Assembly: GCA_965368975.1 (NCBI GenBank)
Contig: CBDUPA010000015.1
Location: forward strand, 108,778 to 172,777
Direction: 5' to 3'
Source: an uncultured bacterium
GTDB lineage: Bacteria; Acidobacteriota; Thermoanaerobaculia; Multivoradales; JAHZIX01
Length of the DNA stretch: 64,000 bases
The position numbers were made by a program, and so were the translations under genes. The notes under the pieces were generated by a model. It saw nothing but the letters and a program-made list of their open reading frames with translations, was not told the origin of the DNA and did not search any database. This document shows positions 10,901 to 19,448 of this stretch, piece after piece. Positions within the stretch are counted from its first letter, which is position 1; every line of letters starts with the position of its first letter.

Positions 10901-11079
10901 TCCACGCGCTCGGGGCTGGCGCCGGGGAAATGCGTAACGACGGTAGCCGTCCGAATGATGAACCCGGGGTCCTCGGCTCGCGGCAAGCCGGTGTACGCCT
11001 GGACGCCAGCCAGCAGCATCACCACCAGCGCCACCGCGGTGATCCGATTCTTGTCGATCGCCGTTCGTGTCAAGCTCAT
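7918..11079 (-). CDS. RND efflux transporter permease (AcrB/AcrD/AcrF family)
   Basis: 1053 aa with PGASPERVE, LGMLVDNAIV, GIVINNAIVL, RRLRPILLT and a multi-TM pattern. Confidence 0.95.
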   Translation of the reverse strand: MSLTRTAIDKNRITAVALVVMLLAGVQAYTGLPRAEDPGFIIRTATVVTHFPGASPERVEQLVTDRLEKAIQEMPELDFIGSQSKTGVSILSVNVLESYTDMRPIWDSLRRKVERVASDLPAGIIGPTVNDEFGDVFGTLVALTGDGYTYAELKDISDEVRDELLLLGQVAKVEIHGAQDERIFVEYNNARLAELGLSPGQLQSLLEARNIIIPGGEIRTPNEKIVLEPTGNFESVDDLRRTVINLGGGANAQGQPSPAQLIFLEDVANIYRGYVDPPRTRVRVNGEPGLVLAVSMREGGNILDLGLAVTETVERLQAAYPHGIELSFAQYQAAAVEKKIQDFVGNLLQAVLIVIGVMLISLGVRTGLVVASLIPSAIVMSLLVMSFFGIGLDQMSLASLIIALGMLVDNAIVMSESVLVQMGEGKSARQAAIDSAAELRIPLLTSSLTTAAAFLPIYLAESTTGEYTAPLFKVVTITLLCSWVLSLTMIPLLCVAFLKVKKHQAVDAGGDAAYDTRFYRTYRGLLQLALRNRVLTLIGVAVVFVAAMALFRLVPVIFFPPNDKPLLKVELFLPTGTPLAATQQVVDQVESFLQDELLIDPQAAAQGQVGVTDWTTFIGAGAPRFVLSYGPEQSSPEYAILLVNANDREFVDLAQERLLAYCNQTFPDLRARISTLSNGAPTDNPIEVRIAGRDSDVIFEVVAQVQERLAEIPGTRRVSDNWGARSKKLRVHIRERRARAAGVTHQDIAISLQTLLSGIETTEYREGDKVIPVTLRSVGADRLDLSKLGSLNVFAQATGHSVPLSQVAEIEVAWQPANIRRRNRLRTVTVEAGLAPGVTAAEVNAQLLPWLEEQSTAWPRGTSWELGGESEGSSKANASIAEKLPIAGLIILLLLVGQFNSLRRPLIILITIPLGLIGVVVGLLVMQSSFGFMTLLGVISLAGIVINNAIVLIDRVDTEIAGGMDPATAIIDSAQRRLRPILLTTFTTLGGLIPLYLGGGPMWEPMAVAIMFGLVFATALTLGVVPVLYSLFFGIRFDDDASKPRISVPEALG

Positions 11080-11082
11080 AGG

Positions 11083-12318
11083 TCAGGCTCCGGATTCCAG
11101 GACCTTGACCTCCAGCCCATCACTCAAGCGACGCACACCGGCAGTGACCAGCAAGTCACCCACCGACAAGCCCTGTTTGATCTCCAGGCCTAGCTGACTG
11201 AGTTCACCGACAGTGACGCCTCGCCGCTCGACGGTACCTGTACCATCACTCCGTGGCTGGAGCAGGAAGACGAACCGTCCCGCTGCATCTTCTCCAACCG
11301 AGACCGGCGGCACATGGATGACACGCGAGTTCTCGAGGGTCCCTGGCGGGGCCAGCGTCAGACTGACCTCGGCGGCCATACCGGATCGAATCGCGAGCAG
11401 TGCCCCCTCCGCGGCCTCCGCGCCAGTTTGCGACTCCAACTCGACGGTGAGCGGGAAGGTGGTCGCGGAGCCAATCGCGGCGACACCGACCTCGGTAACT
11501 CGACCACGGAAACTCTGACCAGGCAGTGCGTCGAAGCTGACCTCGGCCGCCATACCTGGAGCAATATCGGCAATGGTCACCTCGGGCACCGCTGCCTCGA
11601 CTTTCAGCTCACCGCTGGCAGTGAGCAGCAGAATGCCCTGTCCAGCCTGAACGTTCTCATTGGCCTCGACAAAGACCGCTGCCACGGCACCGTCGAGCGG
11701 GGCCCGTAGTGTCGTGTAGCCGACCTGCTTGCGGGTCAACTCGAGCTGTTTCTCTGCCGCCGCGACTTGGGCGCGCGCGGACTCCGCGTTGGCTCGGCCC
11801 GCGTCCAGCTCGCTCTTGGCTGCGTTGTTGTTCTCGTACAGGCCGCGCACCCGCTCGTAGTCGGCCTCGGCACGGCGGCGGCCGGCTTCGGCCTGCGCCA
11901 ACGCGGCTTCGGACTGCTGCACTTGCAACTCGTAGTCCGTGGGGTCTACTCGGGCCAACAGCTGTCCCCGACGCACACGCTGTCCGACATCGACAGGTAG
12001 TGACTCGACAGTGCCGTTGACCCTGAAGCTGAGCTGGGTCTCGATGCCGGAACGAGCAACGCCAGCATAGGTGCGACGCACCTCGGCGCCATCGACCGTG
12101 ACCGTTTGATAGCGAACCGGGCGCAGCGGTGGCTCTTGTGCCACTGGCTCCGCACACCCGGTCGTCAGCATCAGGAGTCCGACCAAGAGCCAGGCACCGA
12201 TTCGAGTGAGACTGGCGAAATCGAGGGCGGTCACTTCGTATCCAGGCGGACCGAAGTTCTTCGAGCCGGAGTTCCCAGAGCCGGAGTAGAGCGTCGACAC
12301 CGAAGCGGGGCGGATCAT
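11083..12318 (-). CDS. RND periplasmic adaptor (membrane fusion protein), probable lipoprotein
   Basis: Lipobox-like LTTGC, LSFRVNGTV...VDVGQRVRRGQLLA, coiled-coil hairpin, LRAPLDG. The true start may be downstream of 12318. Confidence 0.93.
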   Translation of the reverse strand: MIRPASVSTLYSGSGNSGSKNFGPPGYEVTALDFASLTRIGAWLLVGLLMLTTGCAEPVAQEPPLRPVRYQTVTVDGAEVRRTYAGVARSGIETQLSFRVNGTVESLPVDVGQRVRRGQLLARVDPTDYELQVQQSEAALAQAEAGRRRAEADYERVRGLYENNNAAKSELDAGRANAESARAQVAAAEKQLELTRKQVGYTTLRAPLDGAVAAVFVEANENVQAGQGILLLTASGELKVEAAVPEVTIADIAPGMAAEVSFDALPGQSFRGRVTEVGVAAIGSATTFPLTVELESQTGAEAAEGALLAIRSGMAAEVSLTLAPPGTLENSRVIHVPPVSVGEDAAGRFVFLLQPRSDGTGTVERRGVTVGELSQLGLEIKQGLSVGDLLVTAGVRRLSDGLEVKVLESGA

Positions 12319-12353
12319 GGTGATGGGTCTCCTGCACCTTCTCCCGCGGACAG

Positions 12354-14849
12354 CTAGGGTCCGCCGGGCCTGTCGATGGAGGGTTGCGGTTCAGCTCCGG
12401 CCGCGGCATAGAACGAATCGAGACGCTGGTACCAGGCGTCGCGCTCCTGGGGACCGAGGAAGAAGTCGAAGTGATTGGAGGCGCGCTCGACTTCGATCAG
12501 ATCGATGAAGAAGTCGTAGACCGCGTTGGCGGCCTGGAGATCTGCGTTGAGCGCGGCAGCCTGGGCGTCGAGCAAATCGAGGATGGTCACGGCTCCGCTG
12601 GCGTAGGCGTCTACCACCAGTTCCAGGCTCCGGTGGGCGGCTTCGGCACCCGCGCGCGTCAGCTCGATACCAGCGTAGGAGGCGCCCATGGCATGCATGG
12701 CACTGCGCACCCGCTGCTCGATCTTCTCCGCCACCGACTCTTGCTGACGCTGCAACTGTTCCAGCTGCAGCCTGGCCTGCGCCTGCTCGGCGCGGCGGGC
12801 CCCTCCTTCGAACAGCGGCAAGGAAACGCTGATTCCCAGCGACCAGTTCGTGTCGTCCGCCGGACTCAGACCGGGCAAGCCACCTGCCACGTCCGCACCG
12901 GCCCCACCTTTCGCCAGCAGCTCGCTGAGGCTGAGCTGCGCAGCCACTGAAGGAGCCCAGAAGGCTCGCCTCGCCACCGTCACAGCGCGTTCCTGCGCGG
13001 CGATCGCCGCATCTAGCTGCCGTAACTCAGGAGCTGCGTCCATGGCCTCGCGCACCATGAAGTCGCGGAAGACCCGGAACAGCGCCGGCGTATCGCTATA
13101 ACCACCAAAGCGCATGCGGCTGCTGACCAGGAACGGATCTTCGAGATCGACTTCGACGGTGCGGAAAGCTTCTTCTTGCGGCCGATGCAGCAGGCGGTTG
13201 ACCGCCACTTCAGCTGCCTGCCGTTCGGCTTGGGCGTCGATCAGGCTCTTGCGATCAGCAGCGATCTGCGTCTGCCAGCGGTAGAGTTCGGCCGGATTGG
13301 CAACGCCCAGACGTTGCCGAAGCTCGGCCGCTTCCAGGTTCGAGCGTGTGACGCGAAGGTTGTTCTTGCGCACCCGCTCGAGGGTACGCGCGCGTAGCAA
13401 GTTGAGATACGTGGTCGCCGCCTCGCGCGCCAAGTCGAGACGCAGCTGCTCGAGTTCCATCTCGCGACTTCGCTGCGTCTCGCGCCGTATCTCGACGTTG
13501 CCGCGCGCGCCGTCCGAGTAGAGCAACTGGCTGATCGTCAAGTCACCACTGACACTACGTTCGGCCTGCGAACCGAAGGATGCCTCGGCGCGGTCCTCGT
13601 CGATCACCACGCCGCTGGCACTGGCCTCGACCTGGGGCAGAAGCTGCGCTCGCGCCACCTCGACGTCATAGGCGCCGACCTCGACACCCAAGCGACCGGC
13701 GAGCAGGTCCAAGTTGGCCTCGATCGCTTCGCGCACTGCCTGCGGCAGCGACAACTCGCGCACCCCTTCGACCGCGTCCTCATGCAGCAATTCGGCTTCC
13801 TGCAACACTTCCCATCGCGGCGACACACCGATGGCGCGCGCCGTCGCCATGTTGATCACCAACTCGGAGCGGGTGGCGAAATCGACCGGTAGCGTGCCGG
13901 CATCTTCACCCAGCAGGATACGTTGCAGGTTGAGCGCTACCCGGCGCGCCAACTGCGGGAAGAAGGTGTCGCTGCCACGGGTGGCCAGCAAGCCAAGCTC
14001 GACTTCCCGGCGGCCTAGCATCGAGAAGCTGGGGAGGCGTTTCTCTCGGAGTGCCCGTACCAGACGACCAAAATCGTCTTCGCTGAGCTGAAAGAGCGGA
14101 AAGACGATCACCGCGTCGGCGTCTGCAGGCAAGCGCGCCAGGGCGTCAGACACAGAATCCGCGACAGGCACGTACTCGACGTCGAAGCCACGCTGGCCGA
14201 TGGTCTGACGCGTCCGAAAGAGCAGCTCCGGGATCTCTTCGAGCAGCCAACGGTTGGCCAGAATCGCCAGCTTGCGGAAACGCACCACCTGGTAGAAAGT
14301 CTCGAGATCGCGCGCCAGACTGTCCGGCAGCGCCACATAATTGAGGTTTGGTATGCCGCTACCGAGGCCGCCCTCGCTGGCATCAGCGCGTGGCAGCCCC
14401 TGCAGCTCAGCGTCGATGACGATCGGTGCGATCACCGGTTTGGGAGGATGGCCGTAGCAGCACATGACGTGCGAACCAAGCGGTCCGAAGGCGAGAACGA
14501 TGTCGACTTCCGGATCGGATAGAAGCTGCTCGATCGCGGCGCTGACACCGTCGAGGCTCCAGTCCGCGATCAACTGTTTGTCGACTGGAAAGCGTACGTC
14601 GAACTCACCAGCGGTCAATGTCCGTGTCTCGTCACGCACCATCTGGTGGATGCGCTCGTTCTCGCGCCAGGGACCATCGAGGACAATGCCGACGCGTACT
14701 ACCGGTGATGGCTCGCCCATCCTATCTTCAGCGGCCCTATTGTCCGCGGCCCTGTTGTCCGCGGCCCTGTTCTCAGCAGCCAGTGCAGGCAGGCCACCGG
14801 CAACCACGACGATCAGCAGGAGTACCAGAGTCGGAAGGCCGAGTCTCAC
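12354..14849 (-). CDS. TolC-family outer membrane efflux protein with an N-terminal periplasmic substrate-binding-like domain
   Basis: Signal peptide; about 330 aa resembling an ABC substrate-binding domain (ends LVINMATARAIGV); C-terminal OEP repeats (LSLPQAVREAIEANLDL, AQLLPQV, SLPLFEGG, YASGAVTILDLLDAQ). Confidence 0.85.
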   Translation of the reverse strand: MRLGLPTLVLLLIVVVAGGLPALAAENRAADNRAADNRAAEDRMGEPSPVVRVGIVLDGPWRENERIHQMVRDETRTLTAGEFDVRFPVDKQLIADWSLDGVSAAIEQLLSDPEVDIVLAFGPLGSHVMCCYGHPPKPVIAPIVIDAELQGLPRADASEGGLGSGIPNLNYVALPDSLARDLETFYQVVRFRKLAILANRWLLEEIPELLFRTRQTIGQRGFDVEYVPVADSVSDALARLPADADAVIVFPLFQLSEDDFGRLVRALREKRLPSFSMLGRREVELGLLATRGSDTFFPQLARRVALNLQRILLGEDAGTLPVDFATRSELVINMATARAIGVSPRWEVLQEAELLHEDAVEGVRELSLPQAVREAIEANLDLLAGRLGVEVGAYDVEVARAQLLPQVEASASGVVIDEDRAEASFGSQAERSVSGDLTISQLLYSDGARGNVEIRRETQRSREMELEQLRLDLAREAATTYLNLLRARTLERVRKNNLRVTRSNLEAAELRQRLGVANPAELYRWQTQIAADRKSLIDAQAERQAAEVAVNRLLHRPQEEAFRTVEVDLEDPFLVSSRMRFGGYSDTPALFRVFRDFMVREAMDAAPELRQLDAAIAAQERAVTVARRAFWAPSVAAQLSLSELLAKGGAGADVAGGLPGLSPADDTNWSLGISVSLPLFEGGARRAEQAQARLQLEQLQRQQESVAEKIEQRVRSAMHAMGASYAGIELTRAGAEAAHRSLELVVDAYASGAVTILDLLDAQAAALNADLQAANAVYDFFIDLIEVERASNHFDFFLGPQERDAWYQRLDSFYAAAGAEPQPSIDRPGGP

Positions 14850-14859
14850 TCTGCCATTC

Positions 14860-15456
14860 CTACTCGGGCGGGAACTGCTTGAGGATGCGACGCACCGCCT
14901 TCGGTACTTTGCGGCGCATGGCCTCGTAGTCGATGGCGACGTCCGAAATCCAGCCGCTCCACACCAACTTGTTGGACTCGGCGTCGATGATGTCGATCAC
15001 CAGCGTGCCCTCCTTGTATGAACGCACCTGGGTGCCGCCGGTGTCCGACCAGGTCACCCAGCTCCCCAGCTCATACTCGCTACCCTGGATCTCGAGCTTG
15101 TCTTCGACCACCGCGTAGTAGGTGACGTAGAAATCCGGCGTCGCGCCTTCGCCGCGAACTTCGTGCAGACCTTCGCGGCCCAGGCGCTGGTTCACCGCCT
15201 CGATGATCTCCAGGTCGGCCGGTGTATCGGCGGGCGGGAAGCGCACTTCTTGCAGGCGCCAGGCGTAGGTCTGGTAGCCCGAAAAATCCGCTTCCGGATC
15301 ATGCTTCGACTCCGCCTTGGCCGCCGACAAGGGCACCGCCACCGACACGAAGAGCCCGAGGAGGACCAGGATCGAGGCGAGGAATACGGAGGAATGGGAA
15401 CGTGGCGAAATGGGCACGGTGGGGTCTCCTTGCATGTCGGAGCCTGCTTGCCGCAC
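14860..15456 (-). CDS. DUF4136-like exported protein
   Basis: Hydrophobic N-terminal segment; DFSGYQTYAW and YKEGTLVIDIIDAESNKLVWSG motifs typical of DUF4136. Start uncertain. Confidence 0.75.
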   Translation of the reverse strand: MRQAGSDMQGDPTVPISPRSHSSVFLASILVLLGLFVSVAVPLSAAKAESKHDPEADFSGYQTYAWRLQEVRFPPADTPADLEIIEAVNQRLGREGLHEVRGEGATPDFYVTYYAVVEDKLEIQGSEYELGSWVTWSDTGGTQVRSYKEGTLVIDIIDAESNKLVWSGWISDVAIDYEAMRRKVPKAVRRILKQFPPE

Positions 15457-15547
15457 AGGATCTCCTCGTATCTAGCCGGGCACTCGTCAACAGGCCGCGC
15501 AGATGGCTCTTTTCAGTATAGCGCTCAAAGCCGCCGCGCGTCTTGCT

Positions 15548-18046
15548 TCAAGACTTGTCATCGAACAGGCGTTCGGCCAAGAGTTGCAGCGGGAAGCGTT
15601 GCAGACTGCCGGTCGCCACCGCGCGCTCGCTGTAGGAGCCAACGTCGTCTGGCGGCTCCGCGCCTGCTCCGGCGGCAGGCGAACGCCAGACCAACACCGG
15701 CACAGGATCGGCAGCGTGCTGTCCGCTCTCGGACAGAGTCGCGTGATCTGCCGCGACGGCGAGCACGAACGGGCGTGCCTTCTCTTCCATTCGTTGCAAG
15801 AAGGCCGCAAGTGAACCATCCAGGCGTTCCAGGAACTCGACCTTGAGATCCGGACGGCGGTCGTGGGCGGCGATGTCGGCGCCCTTGAAGTGCAAGACGA
15901 CCAGATCGCGCTCACGTAGAGAGGAACTGGCAGCGGCGAACTTGGCGTCGAGGTCGGTATCCAGGTTGGCGGTCATGACTTTGGTACTGATCGTGTCGGC
16001 GCCCAACCACGAGGCGATGCCGAGCAGCGTGCGATCACCGCTGATGCAGGTGACACGCAGTGGCAAGCCCTCGTGTTCGAGCGGTCCAACGCGGTGAAAG
16101 CGGCCGGCGCCGCGACTGATCACCGTGTTGGCCGGCAGCTCCCCCTGGTCGAGCCGGCGCTGGTTTGCGGGATGCTCGACCAACACTTGACGAGCCTGCT
16201 GCTCGAAGACGGCGAGCAGGCGCGCGGTGCGCACCGCCGCCTCGTCGTTGGAGTCGATCGGCCGCGGGGCCAGCGGCGGTCCCGGCGCCGCACCGTCGCC
16301 GGGGTCACTGCCATAGATCGACGACGACAGCCCAGGCCCGCGCAGCACCAGCGCCAGCCGGTGCTCCGTACCAGCACGCACGTGTACGGTGACAGCATCG
16401 TCGGGATCCAGCGTCATGCCATCGAGTGCTGATGCCAGTTCCGCAGCCTGCTCACGAATGCGGCCGGCACGGCGGTCGACCAGCACGCCGTGCTCGTCGA
16501 TGGTGGCGAAGTTGGCGCGCAGCGCGATATCGCCCGGCTCCAGCTCCAGGCCAGCTCCCAAGGCTTCGACCGGGCCACGCTTGAGTGCCAGCGGCGAACG
16601 GCCGAAAAGCGCCAGCGAACCAGCGGCGGTGTCAGGCACGACGCCGGGGGCCACCGGATCGGCGAGCCCGCAGCGCCCCTCTTGTGCCAGGCGGTCGAGA
16701 GTCGGCGTCTCGGCAGCTTCGAGCGGCGTGCGGCCACCGAGTGCGCGCACCGGGTGGTCGGGCAGCCCGTCGATGATCGTCAACAGGGCCGGTACCGGCT
16801 GCTTGCCGCGCGGCTGCCAGCGGCTGACGGCTGGCACCTTGCGCTGTAGCAGATCGACCACCAGGCGGGTGCCGCGACCCACCAAGTCGCGCAGGTCCGA
16901 GGTGTCGAGCAGGGGAACGTCGTAGTTCTCGGCCTGGTGTAGTAAGTGGTCCTGGACGGCACGGATGGCACGAAAGTTCTCCAGGTAGTGATCAGCGCGC
17001 CGCGATCCGAGCAAGCCGCGATTGAGGAAGCGGTCGCGGTGCGCGTCCTCGTCCATCAGGGTCAGCGCGAAGGGAATCTGGAATGCGGCGCCCTCCAGAT
17101 CGGCGAAGGGCACCAGTGGCGGCATCAGGTGCACACCCTCGACCAGAATGTTGACGTTCTCGGCCACCGAGCGCTCCACCACCGCACGGACGCCTACGAG
17201 CACGCGCGTCGCTTGCTCGTAAAAAGCGTGCAGCACCCGCCGTTCGAAGGTGTCTTCGCCGTCCAGGCCGGTCAGCTCCGCCAGACCGGCGACCTCGCCC
17301 GCCGGGGCCTGTTCGAAGCTGGAGCGATGTAAGGCCGGCAGCATGGTGGACGAGAAGACCATGCGCATCACCTGCCGAATGGTGTCGGTCGAATTGACCC
17401 GGTAGATACGCAGCAGCGGCGCCAGCTCGAGTGCCAGTGTCGACTTGCCAGCGCCGCTGGCACCGGCAAGGTAGACCACAACCGGCCGTGGTAACCGACG
17501 CATGGTGCGCAGCACGCGGTAGCGACCGGCGGTATCTGCATCGACGTAGCGCTCCAACACTTCGCCGACGCGACTCGCCAGCTCCATGCTGTCGAGCGTG
17601 CGCACGCGTTCCTTGCGCAGGCGCTGCTGGACACGCCCGACCAGGCGGTAGGCACGATCAAGATCGACGCCAGCAGCGTAGATGCTGGTCGCCAATAGAC
17701 CGCGCGAGAACGGCTGCGGCGGTCCTCCGCGGTAGGTCACCGTCAGCTCGGGCGTACGGCGTACCGGACGCCGCAGCTGCGCCGCAGCTTCGGGCCCGAG
17801 CATAGCGGTCAACTCCTCGCGCGCCAGACCCATCAACTCGCGAACCTGGATCTGCTCGCGCTCGGCCAGCCGATCGCGCAGCGCGTGCGCCACCGCGTAG
17901 GCATCCTCGAAGCTCAGGCCGCGCTGGACCAGTCCATGCGTCATCATGCCGCGCAGATACGGCGTCTGCTTACCGGCGGCGTCGATCACGTACGTAGTGC
18001 CCTTGCGCTTCGCCTTGATGTCGCCCTTGTCGCTCCTGGTTCCCAT
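15548..18046 (-). CDS. Fusion: two ATP-cone-like domains + 2-phosphoglycerate-kinase-like P-loop kinase + archaeal-type cofactor-independent phosphoglycerate mutase (ApgM family)
   Basis: PYLRGMMTHGL and PFSRGLLATSI cone-like starts; GASGAGKST, STDTIRQVMR, LHRSSF and EGVHL (2PGK family); IIDGLPD, GRTPLEAA, RANFAT, DRRAGRI, HFKGADIAAHD and ADHAT (ApgM metalloenzyme). Confidence 0.85.
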   Translation of the reverse strand: MGTRSDKGDIKAKRKGTTYVIDAAGKQTPYLRGMMTHGLVQRGLSFEDAYAVAHALRDRLAEREQIQVRELMGLAREELTAMLGPEAAAQLRRPVRRTPELTVTYRGGPPQPFSRGLLATSIYAAGVDLDRAYRLVGRVQQRLRKERVRTLDSMELASRVGEVLERYVDADTAGRYRVLRTMRRLPRPVVVYLAGASGAGKSTLALELAPLLRIYRVNSTDTIRQVMRMVFSSTMLPALHRSSFEQAPAGEVAGLAELTGLDGEDTFERRVLHAFYEQATRVLVGVRAVVERSVAENVNILVEGVHLMPPLVPFADLEGAAFQIPFALTLMDEDAHRDRFLNRGLLGSRRADHYLENFRAIRAVQDHLLHQAENYDVPLLDTSDLRDLVGRGTRLVVDLLQRKVPAVSRWQPRGKQPVPALLTIIDGLPDHPVRALGGRTPLEAAETPTLDRLAQEGRCGLADPVAPGVVPDTAAGSLALFGRSPLALKRGPVEALGAGLELEPGDIALRANFATIDEHGVLVDRRAGRIREQAAELASALDGMTLDPDDAVTVHVRAGTEHRLALVLRGPGLSSSIYGSDPGDGAAPGPPLAPRPIDSNDEAAVRTARLLAVFEQQARQVLVEHPANQRRLDQGELPANTVISRGAGRFHRVGPLEHEGLPLRVTCISGDRTLLGIASWLGADTISTKVMTANLDTDLDAKFAAASSSLRERDLVVLHFKGADIAAHDRRPDLKVEFLERLDGSLAAFLQRMEEKARPFVLAVAADHATLSESGQHAADPVPVLVWRSPAAGAGAEPPDDVGSYSERAVATGSLQRFPLQLLAERLFDDKS

Positions 18047-18159
18047 GCTCCTTGCTTGCCTCCTCCACAGCCGCCCCCGCGCAGTCTTTCGTGCACGCGC
18101 GGGTTTCGCTGCGCCGCGCAGTCTACACCCACGACGCCTCCATCGCCGGCACTGCTTTC

Positions 18160-18213
18160 GTCACCTCGCCGTCACACCGGCGTCGCCAGCGCGTAGCGGC
18201 ACCCACTTAGATT
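18160..18213 (+). promoter_or_regulatory. Putative Pho box (11-bp periodic GTCAC-type repeats) and -10 element upstream of pstS
   Basis: GTCAC(18160), GTCAC(18171), GTCGC(18182) and GTAGC(18193) at exact 11-bp spacing, then TAGATT at 18208-18213; directly upstream of pstS. Confidence 0.7.
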
Positions 18214-18307
18214 GGGTGTCGCTGAGGGCATCACTTCCATCCCATCCGAACCAACCTCGGCTTCATCCAACATCGAGCATCGGAAACGAAAGAGGAGATG
18301 ACGCGTC

Positions 18308-19345
18308 ATGAAGAGGATTGTCCTTCTGTGTGCTGCGGCGCTGATCGTGCTGGCCGGCAGTGCCCAGGCCCAGCGTGACACCATTCGTATCGTGGGTTCG
18401 TCCACGGTCTACCCCTTCGCCACCAAGGTCGCCGAGAACTTCGGCAAGAAGACGGACTTCCGCACCCCGGTCATCGAGAGCACCGGCTCCGGTGGCGGCC
18501 TCAAGCTTTTCTGTGCTGGCGTCGGCGTCGAGCACCCGGACATCACCAACGCTTCGCGTGCAATCAAGAGTTCGGAGGTCGAGGCCTGCCATACCAATGG
18601 CGTCACCGAGATCACTGAGGTCAAGATAGGCTACGACGGCATCGTGATCGCCAACTCGAAGAAGGCCCCGACCTTCCAGCTGACCCTGCAGCAGGTCTTC
18701 CTGGCGCTGGCCCAGCAGGTGCCCGGCGAGCGCGAAGGCGAGCTGATCGACAACCCCAACAGCACCTGGCGCGACGTCGACCCGAGCCTGCCCAACGTGC
18801 GCATCGAGGTCCTCGGCCCGCCGCCGACCTCCGGTACTCGCGACGCTTTCGTCGAGCTGGCGATGGAGGGCGGTTGCAAGACCTTCCCCTGGATCAAGGG
18901 ACTCAAGGACTCGGACAAGAACCGCTACAAGGAAGTCTGCCACTCGATCCGCGAAGACGGGGCCTACGTCGAGGCCGGTGAGAACGACAACCTGATCGTG
19001 CAGAAGCTCGAAGCCAACCCGAACGCCCTGGGCATCTTCGGCTACAGCTTCCTGGACCAGAACGCCGACAGGCTGCACGGCTCCGTCATCAGTGGTGTCG
19101 AGCCCACCTTCGACAACATCGCCAACGGCTCCTACCCGGTGTCACGCCCGCTGTTCTTCTACGTCAAGAAGGCTCACGCCGGCGTCATTCCCGGCATCGC
19201 CGAGTACGTGCGCGAGTTCACCAGCGAAGCCGCCTGGGGACCGGACGGCTACCTCTCCGAGGCCGGCCTGGTGCCGATGCCCGACGCCGAGCGCCGCCAG
19301 CTCGGTGGTCAGGCTCGCGAGCTGGCCAACAACGTCGGCAACTGA
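18308..19345 (+). CDS. pstS: Phosphate ABC transporter substrate-binding protein
   Basis: Signal peptide; IVGSSTVYPF, ESTGSGGG, NASR, PPPTSGTRD and YPVSRPLFFY. RBS AGAGGAG upstream. Confidence 0.95.
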   Translation: MKRIVLLCAAALIVLAGSAQAQRDTIRIVGSSTVYPFATKVAENFGKKTDFRTPVIESTGSGGGLKLFCAGVGVEHPDITNASRAIKSSEVEACHTNGVTEITEVKIGYDGIVIANSKKAPTFQLTLQQVFLALAQQVPGEREGELIDNPNSTWRDVDPSLPNVRIEVLGPPPTSGTRDAFVELAMEGGCKTFPWIKGLKDSDKNRYKEVCHSIREDGAYVEAGENDNLIVQKLEANPNALGIFGYSFLDQNADRLHGSVISGVEPTFDNIANGSYPVSRPLFFYVKKAHAGVIPGIAEYVREFTSEAAWGPDGYLSEAGLVPMPDAERRQLGGQARELANNVGN

Positions 19346-19374
19346 CCGGCTTCGATCGGCACGCGTAAGAACCT

Positions 19375-19412
19375 CGGCGGCCCCTTGAAGCCTCAGGCAC
19401 ACGGGGCCGCCG
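19375..19412 (+). terminator. Intra-operon stem-loop after pstS (partial terminator or mRNA stabiliser)
   Basis: Perfect 10-bp inverted repeat CGGCGGCCCC / GGGGCCGCCG followed by pyrimidine-rich CTCTCTTC. Confidence 0.6.
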
Positions 19413-19448
19413 CTCTCTTCACATCACCCTTCTAGCTGGGCACCGTCG

